Of a stretch of DNA of 64,000 nucleotides, positions 12,950 to 27,710 are shown in pieces. A program made the position numbers and the translations under genes. How positions within the stretch are numbered: the first letter of the stretch is position 1; each line of letters opens with the position of its first letter. The notes under the pieces are model-generated. The model had not been told where the DNA came from. It saw only the letters and a program-made list of their open reading frames with translations, and made no database searches. Origin of the DNA: Eledone cirrhosa (lineage: Eukaryota). The stretch lies in NCBI GenBank assembly GCA_964016885.1, contig OZ024740.1:148924001-148988000 (forward strand), given 5' to 3'.

Positions 12950-13830
12950 ATGGTTGACCATAGGGCGTCACCCAGTGTCATCACATTTGAAACAGTGTCT
13001 GACCGCCTGGTGGTCTTCACCCTCAATTGAACAATCAAACTGCACATTACTTCTGACTACACGCCGACTGAAATCAGCTCAGACATCAATAAGGATGACT
13101 TCTCCGATCAACTACAACATATGCTGGACCCGATCCCACAAATGAGAGTAACCATCCTCGCTGGTGACCAGAAAGCCCAAGTTGTTTCGGATAGATTTGT
13201 TTGGGAGATTACCATGTGCAATTTGGGGCATGGAGAGATTAACGACAATGGGATCCACCTTCTATCATTCGCCACAGCCAACAAGCTGGTCACCGAGAAC
13301 ACTCACTTTCAACATCCTCTGGAACATCAACGCAGATAGCGAAATCCGTCTGGAAAGGACTCGGTGATTCTGAACTAGGTGTTATCAGTGCTCTGTTCCG
13401 ATCATCACTCCAAAATGTTCGTGCCATGAGAAGACCCGACAGCGGCTCTTACCACTACTTCTTTCGTGTTCGGAGTCACCAGAAACTACAACGGGCGAAG
13501 AGGAAATTGCTGAAAATGACAAGATTAAATGGAATCAGTAGAGTGATGCCGCTCGATGTTGACCAGTCGCTTAACCTCATTGGCAGTGTCTGACAATGAT
13601 GACGATAAAGAATTAAGATCTCAGAGTCTATCCATGAATGTTCCAGACCCCTGTGTCTCCCGTTTCGACGCAAGACGTAGCCCTGGATTTCAGATGAGTG
13701 CCTTGACCTGGTGGACAAACGCAAGAAATAAAGCGGATCGACTTCGAATAATATTGACGACTACTCGATCAGCATGGCTCACTAGCGTGGCCCATAAGTG
13801 CTGCCCTGAAAACAGAGACTGAGGAATTCT
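12950..13830 (+). mobile_element. Decayed RTE-clade LINE, AP-endonuclease region (inverted relative to the RT)
   Basis: ILAGDQKAQV...GHGEINDNGIHLLSFATANKLVTENTHFQH, with a downstream SYH (SDH-like) motif. Confidence 0.75.
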
Positions 13831-14128
13831 TAGTAGCTCCTCAAGACCAAATCGAAAAGTACCTCATATCGATAGCTTAATAGATAAATAGACTTGTAGG
13901 CAGATTGAAAGTTATATTTATTGAAAATAGGTAGATAGATATATAGCAGATGCATGACCAATAGCACTGTTGTCAACACTACGAACAAGTGACAGAAAGA
14001 TTTACGGCTACGGAGAACGAAATTATCATTTAGCAAATAAACATAGCTCAAAGTGGTTATCGCGTGACACATGCGTTTATTATAAAGATGTGTGTAAATA
14101 TGTAAGTATGAATATTTATGCCTGTGAG

Positions 14129-14191
<63 letters not shown>

Positions 14192-14219
14192 TGTGTGTGT
14201 GTTTTAAAATATCTTAACA

Positions 14220-15440
14220 TCATAAACTGGAACCCGCAGGAACTACAAAGTATGGACCGAAACCGAGAAAATGCACTGCACAAAAGTCGATGTACATTGG
14301 ATGTATGTCTCAAGGAGGGAAGGCGGACATGTGCTGCTACAACTCGAAGCTGTATACAAAACATCAACCATTGGATTGGATATCTACCTCCACCACAGCC
14401 AACATGATCTTCTCTAGCCTGTACTCAAGCATGAATGGAATAACAAAGAAGGAAAGCAAATTTAGACACAATCGGAACATAGAATAAGATGAACTCAGAA
14501 GATCAACACCAGAGAGCTGCACAGCTAGCTACGATTGTGAAGATAAAAGCGAAAACACTTCAAACAGAGTAACTAAAGCGTCAATGAAAGACAAATCTAC
14601 TACATGGTAAATTCCCAGAGCACCTTTCGCACAATGATATTGATCAGCATCACTCACTAGCCTGGCCCAGAAGTACCGCCCTGAAAGCGGGAACAGAGGA
14701 ACACTTAATAGCTGCTCAAGACTAATCTCTAAACACTCAGGCTAGTTTCATATTTCACTATTCAGTGTATAAACACTGAATAGTGAAATATGAAACTAGC
14801 CCCCTATTTTCACAATAAGCAACCAATATGAAGTAACAGAAGCTGATATCCCCAGGTGTCCAGAGTTGGCAAAAGCTGATTATATAAAAAGACAAAACCA
14901 CATTGCCAAATATATGTACTGGAAGCTCTGCCAATTTCGTTACACCTAAACCTCCGACAAATGGTGTAAACATCAAACAAAAACAGTCATGGAAAATGGC
15001 GATATATCCATTCTGTGAGATATGCCTGTGATAACTGATCGAGAAATCGCAGCCAGCAGACCAAATATCATTAAAAAAAACCTATAGCATATGTAAGCTG
15101 ATAAATATTGATGTACCAGCTGACAAGAGTACACATGTAAAGACAATGGAAAAACTGGCAAAATTCAAAATCATAGAAATAGAGATCAACCGCGTTTGGA
15201 GGATGACCACAAACAATAGCGGTATGGGGAAAAGAACACTAGGTTTAATATGGAAAACATCAGACTTGAAACTTAGCGTTCTTTCTGTAGGATCAGCAAA
15301 TATGAGATGCAGAAAATTGGGCTCAAAGAACAGCACACAACATCTGAGGAGTTCCCCCCTCTGCCTCTCTCTCTACATTGAAAACTTCTACTACCCTTGG
15401 TTCAAGGCCTGAAACTGGCATAAGAGTTGGTCTTTGACCA
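14220..15440 (+). mobile_element. Decayed R4/Dong-type non-LTR element 3' end (CCHC + restriction-like endonuclease)
   Basis: TE..LIAAQD*SLNT, DMPVITDREIAASRPNII, IDVPADK...MEKLAKF...EIEINRVW. Confidence 0.7.
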
Positions 15441-18274
15441 GAAAGACATGGTTGGAGGCAGAGAACGTGTCGCAACATGTGTCGTCTCAGTTTAGAGATT
15501 TACTTTCTCTCGAAAGAGAGAAGGGATATCCCGTCTAAACGCATGTCATCATCAAATCGGCAGGCTCCAGTTGTGGTAGGAAAGCGGCTGTGTCAAGGTT
15601 GCTTCTGATGGTACAACTCAAGATTGCGGGCCGAGGGAATGGACCTGCTCTAAGGTGATAAGAGAATGAATGTAGTCTGAAGTCCTCAACGAAGTTTTTT
15701 AAATGGGAATTGTGTGGATCACACACGCCGAGGCCACTTCATTGGGGGTGCACTCCTCACCAAGTATGATGCCGCATGATACACCGAATTGAGCTCCGCA
15801 GCACTGTATGACTGCCAGGCATAACGGAGGATGACCAGGTGGTGTTGGTCATAAGACTTGATCTGCACTTGATATCGTCTAAGTTGCTTTCGCATCCTGC
15901 ATAATCGTGGCCAATGTATCCAGAGTTCCCTTTCCACATTTGGCTCTGACATCTTGCTGAAAAACTCACTGAAGAAGGTATGACTGGATATGATGGAATA
16001 TACGTAAGTCGGTAATGCATGCTCAGGTGTAGCGCGAACGCTTAGGCTAGCGAAAACTACGAAGAATTTCACCCGTTTTCAGCCGACGTCGTTGCATGGT
16101 GGTGTCACGCTCCTCAAGATGATCTGCCTGAAGGTGACAAGGTGCACTGCGCATTATAACGAGAAGTTTAGCAATAGGGAAGGTTAATTAGAAAGTAGAG
16201 CACAAAATACGCATCGATGAGGCGCAAACTGTCTGTTATTCTCATCGGGTCAGCTTGTTTTCTCTAGTCAGTCTCGTATGGCGGCAGGGTGGTTGGTTAA
16301 ACTGTTTATTCGATTGGGTGGTGCAGTTTAATCACCTTGTCAGTTTTATAGTATTAATAATTTGTCCTTTGTTTATATGACATAGATAGCTGACGGCGTC
16401 ACGATTATTCTTGAATAATCGCGACATATAGCGTCTCTTGATAGTTATTATAAATAAATCTTCTATGCGACAGATGGGGCGATTTAATTAGTTCGTATAA
16501 AAACAAACAGATAATTGGATTTTAACTGAAACACATAGAGAAATCATACAACTGATATCTTTAGTAATTGCCTTTCTATATAGAAAGCAGTAACAAATAG
16601 GGTGGGCATATTTTTAGTTAAATTAAGGAATGAAAATATTATAGAGATATAAACTAAACAAATTCACAATTATAATAAGTTATAATAATCTTAATGCTTC
16701 TATTTTAAAATGTAGTAAATATATTTTCTATAGCAACATGAAAGTGTAATAAATACCTTTTCTAAACCATTTGAAGGTAGTAAATACCATTTAAAATGTA
16801 GTAAATACTTTTTCTATAGCAATTTGAAATTGTAGTAAGTACATTTTCATAATTATTTTAAGGTGTAGTTAATACATTTCCTATAACAATTATTTTTAAT
16901 AAACGTTAATAAAATGGTAGGATTATTTTCAGTTAAATGAAGGAATTGAAAATGAAGGAATGAACAGATCAAATTCACGATTATAATAGACGTTATAAGA
17001 ATAGCGATGATTCGAGGGTTAGTGTTCATTTAAATAAACAATATTGATTCAAATACCTCCAACAATAATACACTTACTCACATTAAGCATCAGCACAAAC
17101 ATCACATGTACTTATTTTCAATAATTGTTTCTACTTTTGGCACAAGGCCAGCAATTACCCAGTGCATTACTGGTACTTTATTGTATCGACCCCGTAAGGA
17201 TGAAAGGCAAAGTTCGGGAATAGATTAAATCAAGAAATTTCTTTATTATAGCATATCAATTATAACTTTCTCACTAGATGGTAAAGTTTAGTTCGTCGCA
17301 ATGTTATTTCAAACCTATTACTCCTTCATCCAAACCATAGGGGATGAATGTAAATTACGAGGAAACTCAAGTTGACGATGATGTGTGTAACATTCGATCT
17401 GTCCTGTCTAATGGGTGACTGATCCCTAACAATGAGACCTATAATGAATGCAAAACAAGAGAAGTCAATCTGCTCTTTATTTTTGAAGAACAGCTTCAAC
17501 ATTAAAAGAAATACTCCTTCCGCTTGCACACCATACTAAATATAAATGAGACCCCCCTCAATAAAGTGGAAGTTACCATTAAATCGTGTCTGGAATTGAT
17601 TGGTCACGCTGCACTGAAAGATTTCATTAGGAGTCACTACGCTGCAGACCTCTCTTCACAACTGGTACCTGTTGGCTCGATCCTGGGGAAGGCAGTAACC
17701 AACACGTGGTAATCTTTCTACCGTTCGAGAGGGTAATTCACCCATTTGGGAGATAACGTTTTGTGACTCATGATCTGGTGCCAATGTTGTCGTATCGGTT
17801 GTAAAAAAGGAAGTCGCAACCTGAAAAAATGAATAAATAACAGTGTTTAAAATACAGATTCCAATTTACACCAGATGCTTTTAAAACGTAATTTACATTC
17901 CATCTCAGTACTGTCCTTCTCAACTAAATCAAGATGAAGGCATCACGACTGAAGGATATCGCTGGCTGGTCTTCTTTGCAATATTCATACCTTCTTGTTC
18001 GTAGTGAGTAGCAGAAATATTCTATTCAGGTGGGAGTTGGGAATTTGCTGGCTCTTATTTTGTTTTTTATATAGGAAATTATAGTCACATTTATACTTGA
18101 CTTTCGTTAATGTTATTATAAAAACTTGCTCCATGAATAAAAACTCAATTACTCATTTAAAAAGCGTGCTATCAAAAACGAATCTGATTTAAATTGTGAA
18201 GGTATATTAGTAATATATAAAGAATATATTTTTTACTAGTGAATATGGCAAACAATTATTTTTTCTATTCGTAG

Positions 18275-18339
18275 ATGTATTCCAGATAATCATCGTTCAT
18301 ATGGATTAGGAGTAAGCAGTGTTATTGGACGCTTAGCCG
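18275..18339 (+). CDS. SLCO4A1: SLCO/OATP transporter, 65-bp penultimate coding exon
   Basis: tcgtag|...|gtaaaa. Translates (R)CIPDNHRSYGLGVSSVIGRLA(G), matching OATP RC....RS.ALG......R.LG. Phases join both neighbouring exons in frame. Confidence 0.85.
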
Positions 18340-19898
18340 GTAAAAACTTAATTTTAATATAAATTTATATGACTATTTTTAGTTTTGACAAACCTTACCT
18401 CACAGCTTGGCCATTGTCGATTCCGCCGATTTTTATATAACTAGATTGACCGTCTACTTTTACACTCCTTGTAGAGGGGTTGTATCTCAGTATGAGGATG
18501 ATACACATCCATGCGTCGAGACTGGCATATGTAAAGTTTCTTGGACGGGGAATAGGTGATGTCACCATTTGTAAGGGATATTTTCACATTAGTTATTCTC
18601 GATTATATTATGCCCACTTGCTTCTTCTGCTTGAACCGGACTAAGAAGTTGCTGGAACTGTGTAATATTTGCATGTTATACATTTGAGTGATGAAAATTT
18701 TGGATAGTTACTTTTACAAATAGTCTTATGCCTAATGTTTTCTTTCCAATTAGGAGTTCCTATAACTTATCCATTATTTGTCCGGCCGGTTGATGAGCTT
18801 AGAATATGTTGATTCATTCAATGATCTCATCTCTTAGTGTTCTTTATCTATTATATTGACTCTGTTCCACAAGGAACAGTGACTCCTCTTTTCATATCCG
18901 CAAATTATCAGTTAATCTTGATTTCTCTTGTAATTTTATTGGGATGTGCGGATGGTCCCACCTTTATATTTAATGCTGCAACTACATATGATGGTATACA
19001 GAGTCACTAGTGGTGGACTCTTTGCATGGGTGCTTTGTTCGGTAGACATGTCCCCGAAGACTAGCCCTGGTTCTGAAAAATGTCCTGATGATATATGGAC
19101 AGCAGTTTACCAGGTGAACTTGAATTGAATGTCTAATTCAGAAGTCCTTTATATCCTCAGTGAAGGTATATCATATAATCAACGAATCTTTAAGTTCAAA
19201 CGGCACAAGCAGGTGGTGTAACAAGTTCGAGAATATCTAATACAAGAATATTCCTGGCATGGAAAATGTAATCAAAACAATCTATAAGGATTTTGACATG
19301 AAAATGTTCCCGAATATGATAGGCAGTAAATAAGGCCAGTGAATACAACGGCTGAGAAATTGTGACTAGCATGATAAGATGAGGCCATTTGTTCAGAGAC
19401 TATTTATTCAAAGTGTTAAGTCATGTCAGAAATAAATATTTTTTATAGTATAAAGAAACAAAGATAGAGGCACATATAAATCAATGTATATCACATCACT
19501 AAATGTAAACGTCGCTCGAAACTTATGTATATTTAATTTTCATTCATATGAATAACAAATTTAATTCATAACAGCAAATTAACGAATTCCTTTAATGTTC
19601 CTTTTCCAATATTTGCCCTATATTCCATTAATCATGTATGAAGTTATAATGATAATTAAAATAGAACAACGAAAAAGAAAGCAAACAATTTTCATTTCTT
19701 ACGAGGCAAATTATCCAATTTGATAATGAAAGTTAAAAAAACAAACGAATTCATATAAAATTACTTCTATTTAAATTTATTTGTTATTCTTTTATAAATG
19801 CATCATACACACAACCTACTTTCGATTCGTCGTAATAATCTTTTAATCTGTTTTTATAAGTACTTTGTTGTTTCAATATTTCAAATTATTCTTTTCAG

Positions 19899-20200
19899 GT
19901 ACATTCCCAGGGCCAATATTGTTTGGTGTCGCCATCGACAGAGCTTGTAAAGCGTGGAAACAGTCTTGTTTAGAAACTGACAGTTTTTGTTGGATTTACC
20001 AAAAGGAAACATTATCTCGTAATTTCTTCTTGCTAACTGTCACTATACGTTTATTTTCCATTCTGTTTCTTGTCACTGCGAAATGCCTTTACAAACCACC
20101 TAACCCAGCAGTTAGAACAAACATTAACCGTAGACCTCGAGTAAATGCATTCATTGTCGACAGAGGTTTCGATAATGAAGCCTTCTCTACAAATCTTTGA
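19899..20200 (+). CDS. SLCO4A1: SLCO/OATP transporter, terminal coding exon
   Basis: cttttcag acceptor. Translates (G)TFPGPILFGVAIDRACKAWKQSCLETDSFCWIYQKETLSRNFFLL...stop, the conserved OATP C-terminal PGPI.FG..ID..C..W...C....C..Y motif. Confidence 0.9.
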
Positions 20201-20382
20201 GATTATTTTATTTGACTAGTCTTTCGGCAAATTATGTTCAATACAAATGGTCATTTTATGCATCAGTGTAATGTAAATTTGAAAACTAACGAAATATTTC
20301 TATTCTATATTTTGATAATATTATTCTCCATTTCAGCAACAAAGATTATATTTTCTTATAAATATTGATTTCCTATATAATT

Positions 20383-20773
20383 ATAATTGTTTCTACTTTT
20401 GGCACAAGGCCAGCAAATTACCCAGTACATTACTGGTACTTTATTTTATCGACCCCGTAAGGATGAAAGGCAAAGTCAACCTCGGTGGGATTTGAACTCA
20501 GATCGTAAAGGGACGTAACTATGCTGTAAAGCATAGCGTCCGACCCTCTACCGATACTGCCAATCCACCACCCTCTATATAATTATAATTGTTTCTACTT
20601 TTGGCACAAGGCCAGCAATTATCCCAGTGCATTACTGGTACTTTATTTTATCGACCCTGTAAGGATGAAAGGCAAAGTTAACCTCGGCGGGATTTGAACT
20701 CAGAATGGCTAGGGCCGTAACTCTATGCGTCAAAGCATGGCGTCGGACCCTCTACCGATACTACCAATCCACC
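20383..20773 (-). mobile_element. Two tandem tRNA-derived SINEs
   Basis: Minus strand has A box TGGCAGTATCGG, B box GAGTTCAAATCC and body gaggttaactttgcctttcatcc...gtcgataaaataaagtaccagt. Confidence 0.85.
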
Positions 20774-21787
20774 TGTAATATTTGTTTCTTTCTAATAAGA
20801 TATTTCTCTGGAAAATATCTGAATGAAATGGTTGAACACTTGTCTTAGTTTTCACTATTTTCAGTGTTTAATTATCGCCAAAGAAGACCTGGTCATTTTC
20901 CTCACTCTTGAATATAGGAAATAGCGGCAGTAATACATGGAAATATACACTCTTGCTCAGCCTACTACAAATAATATGAAATCTCATTCAAATTACAAGC
21001 TATTGTTTTTAAAAAGAAAAGGCACATTTCTTAGTATCTCTAGATACAATATACTTGAATGTAAGACGGAATTGTTCACTGACATGTCATTGATCATAGC
21101 ATGCCTGAGCAAAACAAAACCAACGCAGATATCAATGCTACGAACTGAATCTCTCACACGCTAAAATTGATCTTGTATTTATAAGAAAAAAGTACTTGGT
21201 GAGCACCATATTACAATAATAAATGGCTACGTTAGCAATGTTGTATTATTGAATACTTCAAATTATCTGTAATGATGCCAATAATAATTAAACAAATTCC
21301 TTATCATCCGACCATTTGAGTTTTTCAGACTATTCTAATGAAGTGAGCTAAGCTTCTTTTATTTAAAATAAAGTACCAGTAATGTACTGAGTAATTGCTG
21401 GCCTTGTACCAAAAGTAGAAAAAATTATTTAATGGAATTTATCACTTCCTTGTTCATTAAATGTATCGGAGAATGACACTTTGTTTGTCTTAAAACAAGC
21501 CCCACCGCCACCACCACACACCAAAAAAAAAAAGGTAAAAAAAAACGCAAAGATGGAGATCTCTCAGGAAATATTCCATGAGACAAAAGTCCGTTTCGAT
21601 ATCATAAATAGTGAAACGGAAATGTTTTATAAGTGTAGAAAGAAGAACCTTTTTAGGAAAAGAGACGAAATAGACAGATGAGCGAGAGAACATTTCCTAA
21701 CTTCAATCTCTCTATGCGCTTTACACTCACCCTTCAGCGTTCCCTTTCTCTTTTTGTCTCGATCTGTGTGTATGTATATATATATAA

Positions 21788-21824
<37 letters not shown>

Positions 21825-22210
21825 GGTGTATGTGAACTATATACACACGCATATACACACACATATATATATATACACACGCTCACATGTATATATACAC
21901 AACAACACTACTAGCTCTCTCTCTCTTCCATTCTCCTTCTCTGTCTCTTCTCCCTCTCTCTATGTCTCTCTTTCAATCTACTCTCTCACAACCACTATCT
22001 CTTTCTCTCTATCTTTCTCTCTCTTTGTTTATGAAGGTACCCAGAAAAACCCCATTTCTCGAGAACCCGTGCCTTCGATTTACGCGAAACTTGTTTTATC
22101 TCATTTGTATTCCTATATCAGGGTCAACTTCCTTTCAAATTATTTCCCCATTATGCGCTCTTTTGGCCGTATTACATTACAGACAGACAAGCAAGCAAGC
22201 AATCACAGAC

Positions 22211-22242
<32 letters not shown>

Positions 22243-22243
22243 A

Positions 22244-23128
22244 TCATTATCTATAAAAGGCAGATTGTTGTTGTTGTGTGTGTGTGTGCATGTTCCATGT
22301 TTATACATTTGCACAATTTCAAACCGATTCGACTCAAAGTCTGTAAGAATGTTGTAAATAGTCTGCAACTTTCTCTTATATACGATTAAACTTACAAACT
22401 TTAAGAGAGAGAGAGAGAGAGAGAGTGAGAGAGAGAGAGAACGTTTGTTTTTGAGTGTGGAACGGTCAAACATTTATTTACTTCAATGACAAAGACAACT
22501 TATTACATTTCATACGAAACAAGAATTATTCAAAAGCAACAGATAAATTTATTCAACAACAAAAAAATAGCGATAAATCTTTTTTTAAAACATCTATCAA
22601 CGAACGTGGAAGAAAGAAGTATCAGTTCATTTACTATACACAATAATATCCTCTATGAGGTCACTAAACCTGCTAGAAACAGCAGCTAACTCTCCCCCAT
22701 ATCACACCACTCCCTACTGTCTTAAATTTAGAAAACATATCCACTATGAGGCCACTAAACCTGCTAGAAACAGCAGCTAACTCTCCCCCATATCACACCC
22801 CTCCCTACTGTCTTAAGTTTAGAAAACACACATTAGACAACCATGCAGAACAACTCCATCGCAACTCTGTTGTTAGGCTGGCATTGTCTACTCGCGTGTT
22901 GCGCAAGTACTGTGAAACAATAAATTTCAACACTTCTTTGCACAGAGATATCCATATCCATAGGCGAAACTACAATTGTCACTGCTGGCGCAGCTCCTGC
23001 TTCAGCAGTCCAGGTCTGCAATTCATTCACCCAGTGCCTGGCAGACAAAAAAGTGGTGCCATAAAATGGGAGGTGCAACCTAACTTTGGTAACTTACTGA
23101 CCCCGAGCAACGCCGAGCTTTAATGCTA

Positions 23129-23129
<1 letters not shown>
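22244..23129 (+). mobile_element. Non-autonomous Helitron-like element
   Basis: 5' TC...ctataaaa followed by (GT)n. 3' ccgagcaacgccgag hairpin relic followed by CTAG|T. Internal ~94-bp tandem duplication at 22652-22835. Confidence 0.6.
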
Positions 23130-23174
<45 letters not shown>

Positions 23175-23303
23175 TATTAAAATAACAGATTAAACTTTAA
23201 TCTGTTATTTTAATAAATATTTGCTCTACGGTTCTTATATATTTGATATATATTTATCCTTATCGAGCCCTCTTTGGATTTTAGTCTTCAAATTTATTAT
23301 TAT

Positions 23304-23401
<98 letters not shown>

Positions 23402-23618
23402 ATAGGCACGTGGCTGAGTGGTAAGAGAATTGAACTCTCAATAGTGAGGTTGTGAGTTCGATTCCTGGACCGGGTGATGCGTTATGTCCTTGGGTAGGAC
23501 ACTATATTTTACGTTGCTCCTTCTACCTGGAGTTCCGACCGATAGACAGTATTAGCAATTGGAAAGACCAATGGAAACATTGTTTCCTCGGTCCGATCTG
23601 ACGAAAGTCAATCGACTG

Positions 23619-23657
<39 letters not shown>

Positions 23658-23821
23658 TATTTTGTGTGTGTGTGTCTTCTATTTGTATGATATATGCACA
23701 ATGGTTAGAGAGCGAGAGATCAAGATTGGTCCCCACAGTAATATGTTGGGCTGTTTTTCAATTTCCATCGATGAGGGTGATGGGCTGTCCTCGCATATGT
23801 TGTGAGTTGTGGTTAAGGGAC

Positions 23822-25095
23822 ACCCATTGCTTTCTAGGAAGGCCAAGGCCGGCTGGTTTATATGTGGGGTACTGGACAAGGTCTTGGTTGGCAAATTTGG
23901 ACACATTTCATAATCTTCACCACTCTTCCATTAGATCAAAGCTATCCTCTTGAAGGGCTTTCATTGATTCCCAGAATAGTTTGCGTGATTTCAAATGCAT
24001 GTTGGGAAGGTTTACATGGATGGAAAGTACGGGCTTTGACTTAGTAAGATATGCTGCCTTGCCGATCATCTACTGAGGCCGCATGTGACAAGGAACTACA
24101 TGAGAAATGGTAGGCAGCTACTGTGGTGTAGATTTCAGTGTGCCAGATACAATTTAAATTGCCGAGTTGTCTAAAGGCGCTATTAGGAGTAGTAGTCCAC
24201 CATCTTCTTCAGGTCTTCTGTGAGTGTAAAGTTGAGTTTCAAACGCAGTAGATTGGGTAGCCAAAGCAAGGTCACCTGCGTATGTAAATTTCCTCGAAGT
24301 TGTCCAGGGCATATCACTCATGTAGATGTTAAAGAGCCTTGGTGTTAGGACGGAACCTTAAAGAAGGCCATCCTTCAGTGTTCTGGTTGAATATGTTTGA
24401 CCTCCTAGTGACACTCTGAATATTCTATTACTGAGTATGGACGCAAGGATGTACTCACAGGCCTTCAGAAGGCGGCAGCATTTGTATACAGTATCGTATG
24501 CAGAAGTCGACCTAAGCAACCCCTGCCTTGAAACCCCGTCGGTAGCCATGCTCGAGGAAGGTGGTAAGAGTGAGGACTTGATCAGTGCAACTCCTTTGTG
24601 GTCTGAAGCCTGCTTGCTACTTAGATAGATTTGGATCTACTAAAATGCTATGCCTAACCAAAAAAGAGCCGTTTAAATAGCTTGTAAGAGGGACAAAGGA
24701 GAGAGATTGGTCGGCATATTTCAGGATCGTCTGCAAGTTTCCCGGGTTTCTGGATGGCGATGACATTGACCTCACTCCAGATATTCGAAATAACTCCAGT
24801 TGAGTGGATAACTGTGAAGAGAGAAGCATTTGGGCCGAGGTTCTTAAGGAATTCAGGATAATTGCCATCAATTTCTGCTGCCTTTCCCTGCTTTGGTGGA
24901 TGAAAGGCTAGTATCTATCTCACACATGGTGTAAGGTCGAGAGAGAGAGGGAGTGCGTGTGTGTGTGCGTGATGAACTGACGTTGCTTCAGTTGATAAGG
25001 TAACCAGTCCTTTGATCAACGGAGCAGGTTCACGTGTTTGAGTAATTTCCTTAACCAGTTATACCCTAGCGCTGACAATACAACAGTCCAGATAC
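23822..25095 (-). mobile_element. Decayed Vingi/Ingi-like LINE RT fragment
   Basis: KPGK.ADDPEICRPISLL, QAGFRPQRSCTDQV, SAYDTV, GSVLTPRLFNIYMSDMP, FTYAGDLAL. Confidence 0.8.
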
Positions 25096-27211
25096 GCTGT
25101 CGCCGCCACCACCACCACCACTATCGATACTAACATTCAATTTATTTCTATAGAAAGTCTGAATTTTGACACCTCAGCACATCAGCCATACTTATTGAAC
25201 CAGAACGATTCTCCCAATCCCTTTTTCTTGACCGTTATCTTTTGTTTGGCACAAAACTCTCTATGACAATTCATGTGACTTTGAAAACGGCTACAAAGAA
25301 CCCCCAAATATGAACTGGCCCGAAATGTAATGTGCTTATTCACCTTAACCAATCAAATTACATTTATAAAAACCATTTTGAGTCACCTTTTTAAGTGAAA
25401 ATAACAATTAAAGACCCTCAAACGCGAACTGGCACGAAATGTATTATACTGATTTACGTGACATCAACCAACCAAATTACTTTTCTAAAAAACCTAGCAT
25501 TTCGAGCCACTTTTTTCCACATAAAACAGAAGTAACAGTTGAACACCAACCAGATGAGAGAAAAACCACAAACCCTCCATCTCAATTCTACCTTTGAAAA
25601 GCATAAGAACTGTGAAACCGGTAAAGGAAATAAATAAATATTCTTAAAAAGACTCCAGTTGCATTTACGTTTCTTTTCCTTATACTTTCAGTCGTGTAGG
25701 ACATCTTGTTGTTTTTTTTTCATTTAAAAAAAACCCCTTATTTTCTTACATATATGGGAGTGTCTGTGTGCGTGTGTGTATGGATGGAAAGGAAGCGATC
25801 AGCCAATGGGACAGAGAAAACAAAAATGCCAGTTTCTTGTTAAGTGTTATATAATGCGATATCATGAAACACGCTGAGGAACACAGAAAATGAAGTTATG
25901 AGAATGGAGTTTTGTTTATAAGACTGATGCGAGCAAGGGTTATCTAATATCGGTAAGTAATTTAATACTTAATGGACCCTTTAAGGATTTGAGAATTGAT
26001 TTTATTTGTAGAAATTGGATATACTAGTCAAGCTAGTATTAAAGCATGGATACATAAGATGATATATTTATTTTAATGTTATTTATGTTACTAATTACTT
26101 TGGTAGAGGTTACTATGTTGAACCTCCATAAGAAGTTAGACACTGTTACAATAATAGTAGTCAGCACTTAACAAACTATAGCGTCCTAACTTGAGGCTCG
26201 TCAGTGGCCATTACCATTATGTCGTTTATCATAGTAAATAGTTATGATGTTAATGCTGAGAAGGATTAGTTTTACATGGAATACATTTTGCGAGTAAATT
26301 CAATTATTTTCTTAGTTTAGTTTCGAACATTTATATTAGATATTCTGGGCTTATACTAAACATCTTAAAGCGCCACAAACTATGTAGACAAAGATTTGAA
26401 CAATCAAAAAAACGTCTTTGATAGCTAATCTTATTTGTATTGTTTATACGCGCATTAATGGAATACATAGAACAAATCGGTGGTCCTTTATGACAAATAA
26501 CGGAAAATATTAATCAATCACGGATATTGAGCTGAAAATGGAGACCTTTAGAAGCCTCTGTATACTTGGACCATAATAACAAAAATCCAAATTCAGATAA
26601 AGCATTAGTACGATAGCATAAATTTAACCAATCCTGACAATCGAAGAACAAATAAAAATTCCTTATCTGTATCATCTTAAAGACACGCCTTAGAAGTAAA
26701 TTACATCCCTCTTCTTTATTTTCAATGTCTTGGATTGTTGTATCCGTATGCCGTTTCTATTTAGTATGTTCTTGTAAGTATCTTAATTTATTTTTTATCA
26801 TTCAATTTCAATATTTATATTTTTATTTATCTCGATTTGGGTATATATAATCTGGTTTGAGATAATATATCCCGCTAAAATTCTTAGTTATTGATTTCCT
26901 AAAGATGAGCCTTAGCAAAATTTGGTCCAAATTGTAAAATTATTTATAAAATTAAATTAAATTGTTTAGAGCTACAAGTGAAGTCATTGTCTTCCTTTAT
27001 ATATATATAGAATAGAAAACGAAAAATCAGTGATGCATCTGAACTCAATTTATTGTGTGTTACAATTGTTTCACCGGCGGACAGCGCGAGACGCGATCAT
27101 TGTGTGGATCTGTCTGATTCTGGACCCGCAGGTTCGACGGACACGTGGGAGCATATTCTCTCAGCACCACAGGCTCTCTCTCATATATATATATATATAT
27201 CTAATAAATAA

Positions 27212-27249
<38 letters not shown>

Positions 27250-27251
<2 letters not shown>

Positions 27252-27710
27252 ATGTATATATAATGCATTTTGCAATACACTTTATGCTTAATTAAAAGCA
27301 TTTTGAAGACCGTAAGCTATTGTTTTAAAGTAGTGACAAATTCACTCACTTTGATCTCAGCAAACAGGGGAGATAAGCCGACAAGACTTGTTTCGCTTAT
27401 GGTTGAAGCTTATCAAGGCCAACTACCCCACCTGTTTGCTGAGATCATTGATGTTATATTCTTATAGAAATCTAATAAATAATCAGGAGCTGATTATGCA
27501 GAGCGGTTGTTGGTCAGGCAGAAATTAAAAATTAGAATTGGAGCTTTGAAATAGCAATATATATATGGATGTATATATAATGTATTTTGCAATACACTTT
27601 ATGCTTAATTAAAAACATTTTGAAGACCGTAAGCTATTGTTTTAAAGTAGTGACAAATTCACTCACTTTGATCTCAGCAAACAGGGGAGATAAGCCGACA
27701 AGACTTGTTT

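Noticed and set aside
15535-16140. GC-richer minus-strand ORF cluster
   Set aside because: No recognisable domain or consistent frame. Probably an old TE relic, but it cannot be classified by eye.
20585-20773. tRNA gene
   Set aside because: The A and B boxes belong to a multi-copy SINE head and there is no cloverleaf.
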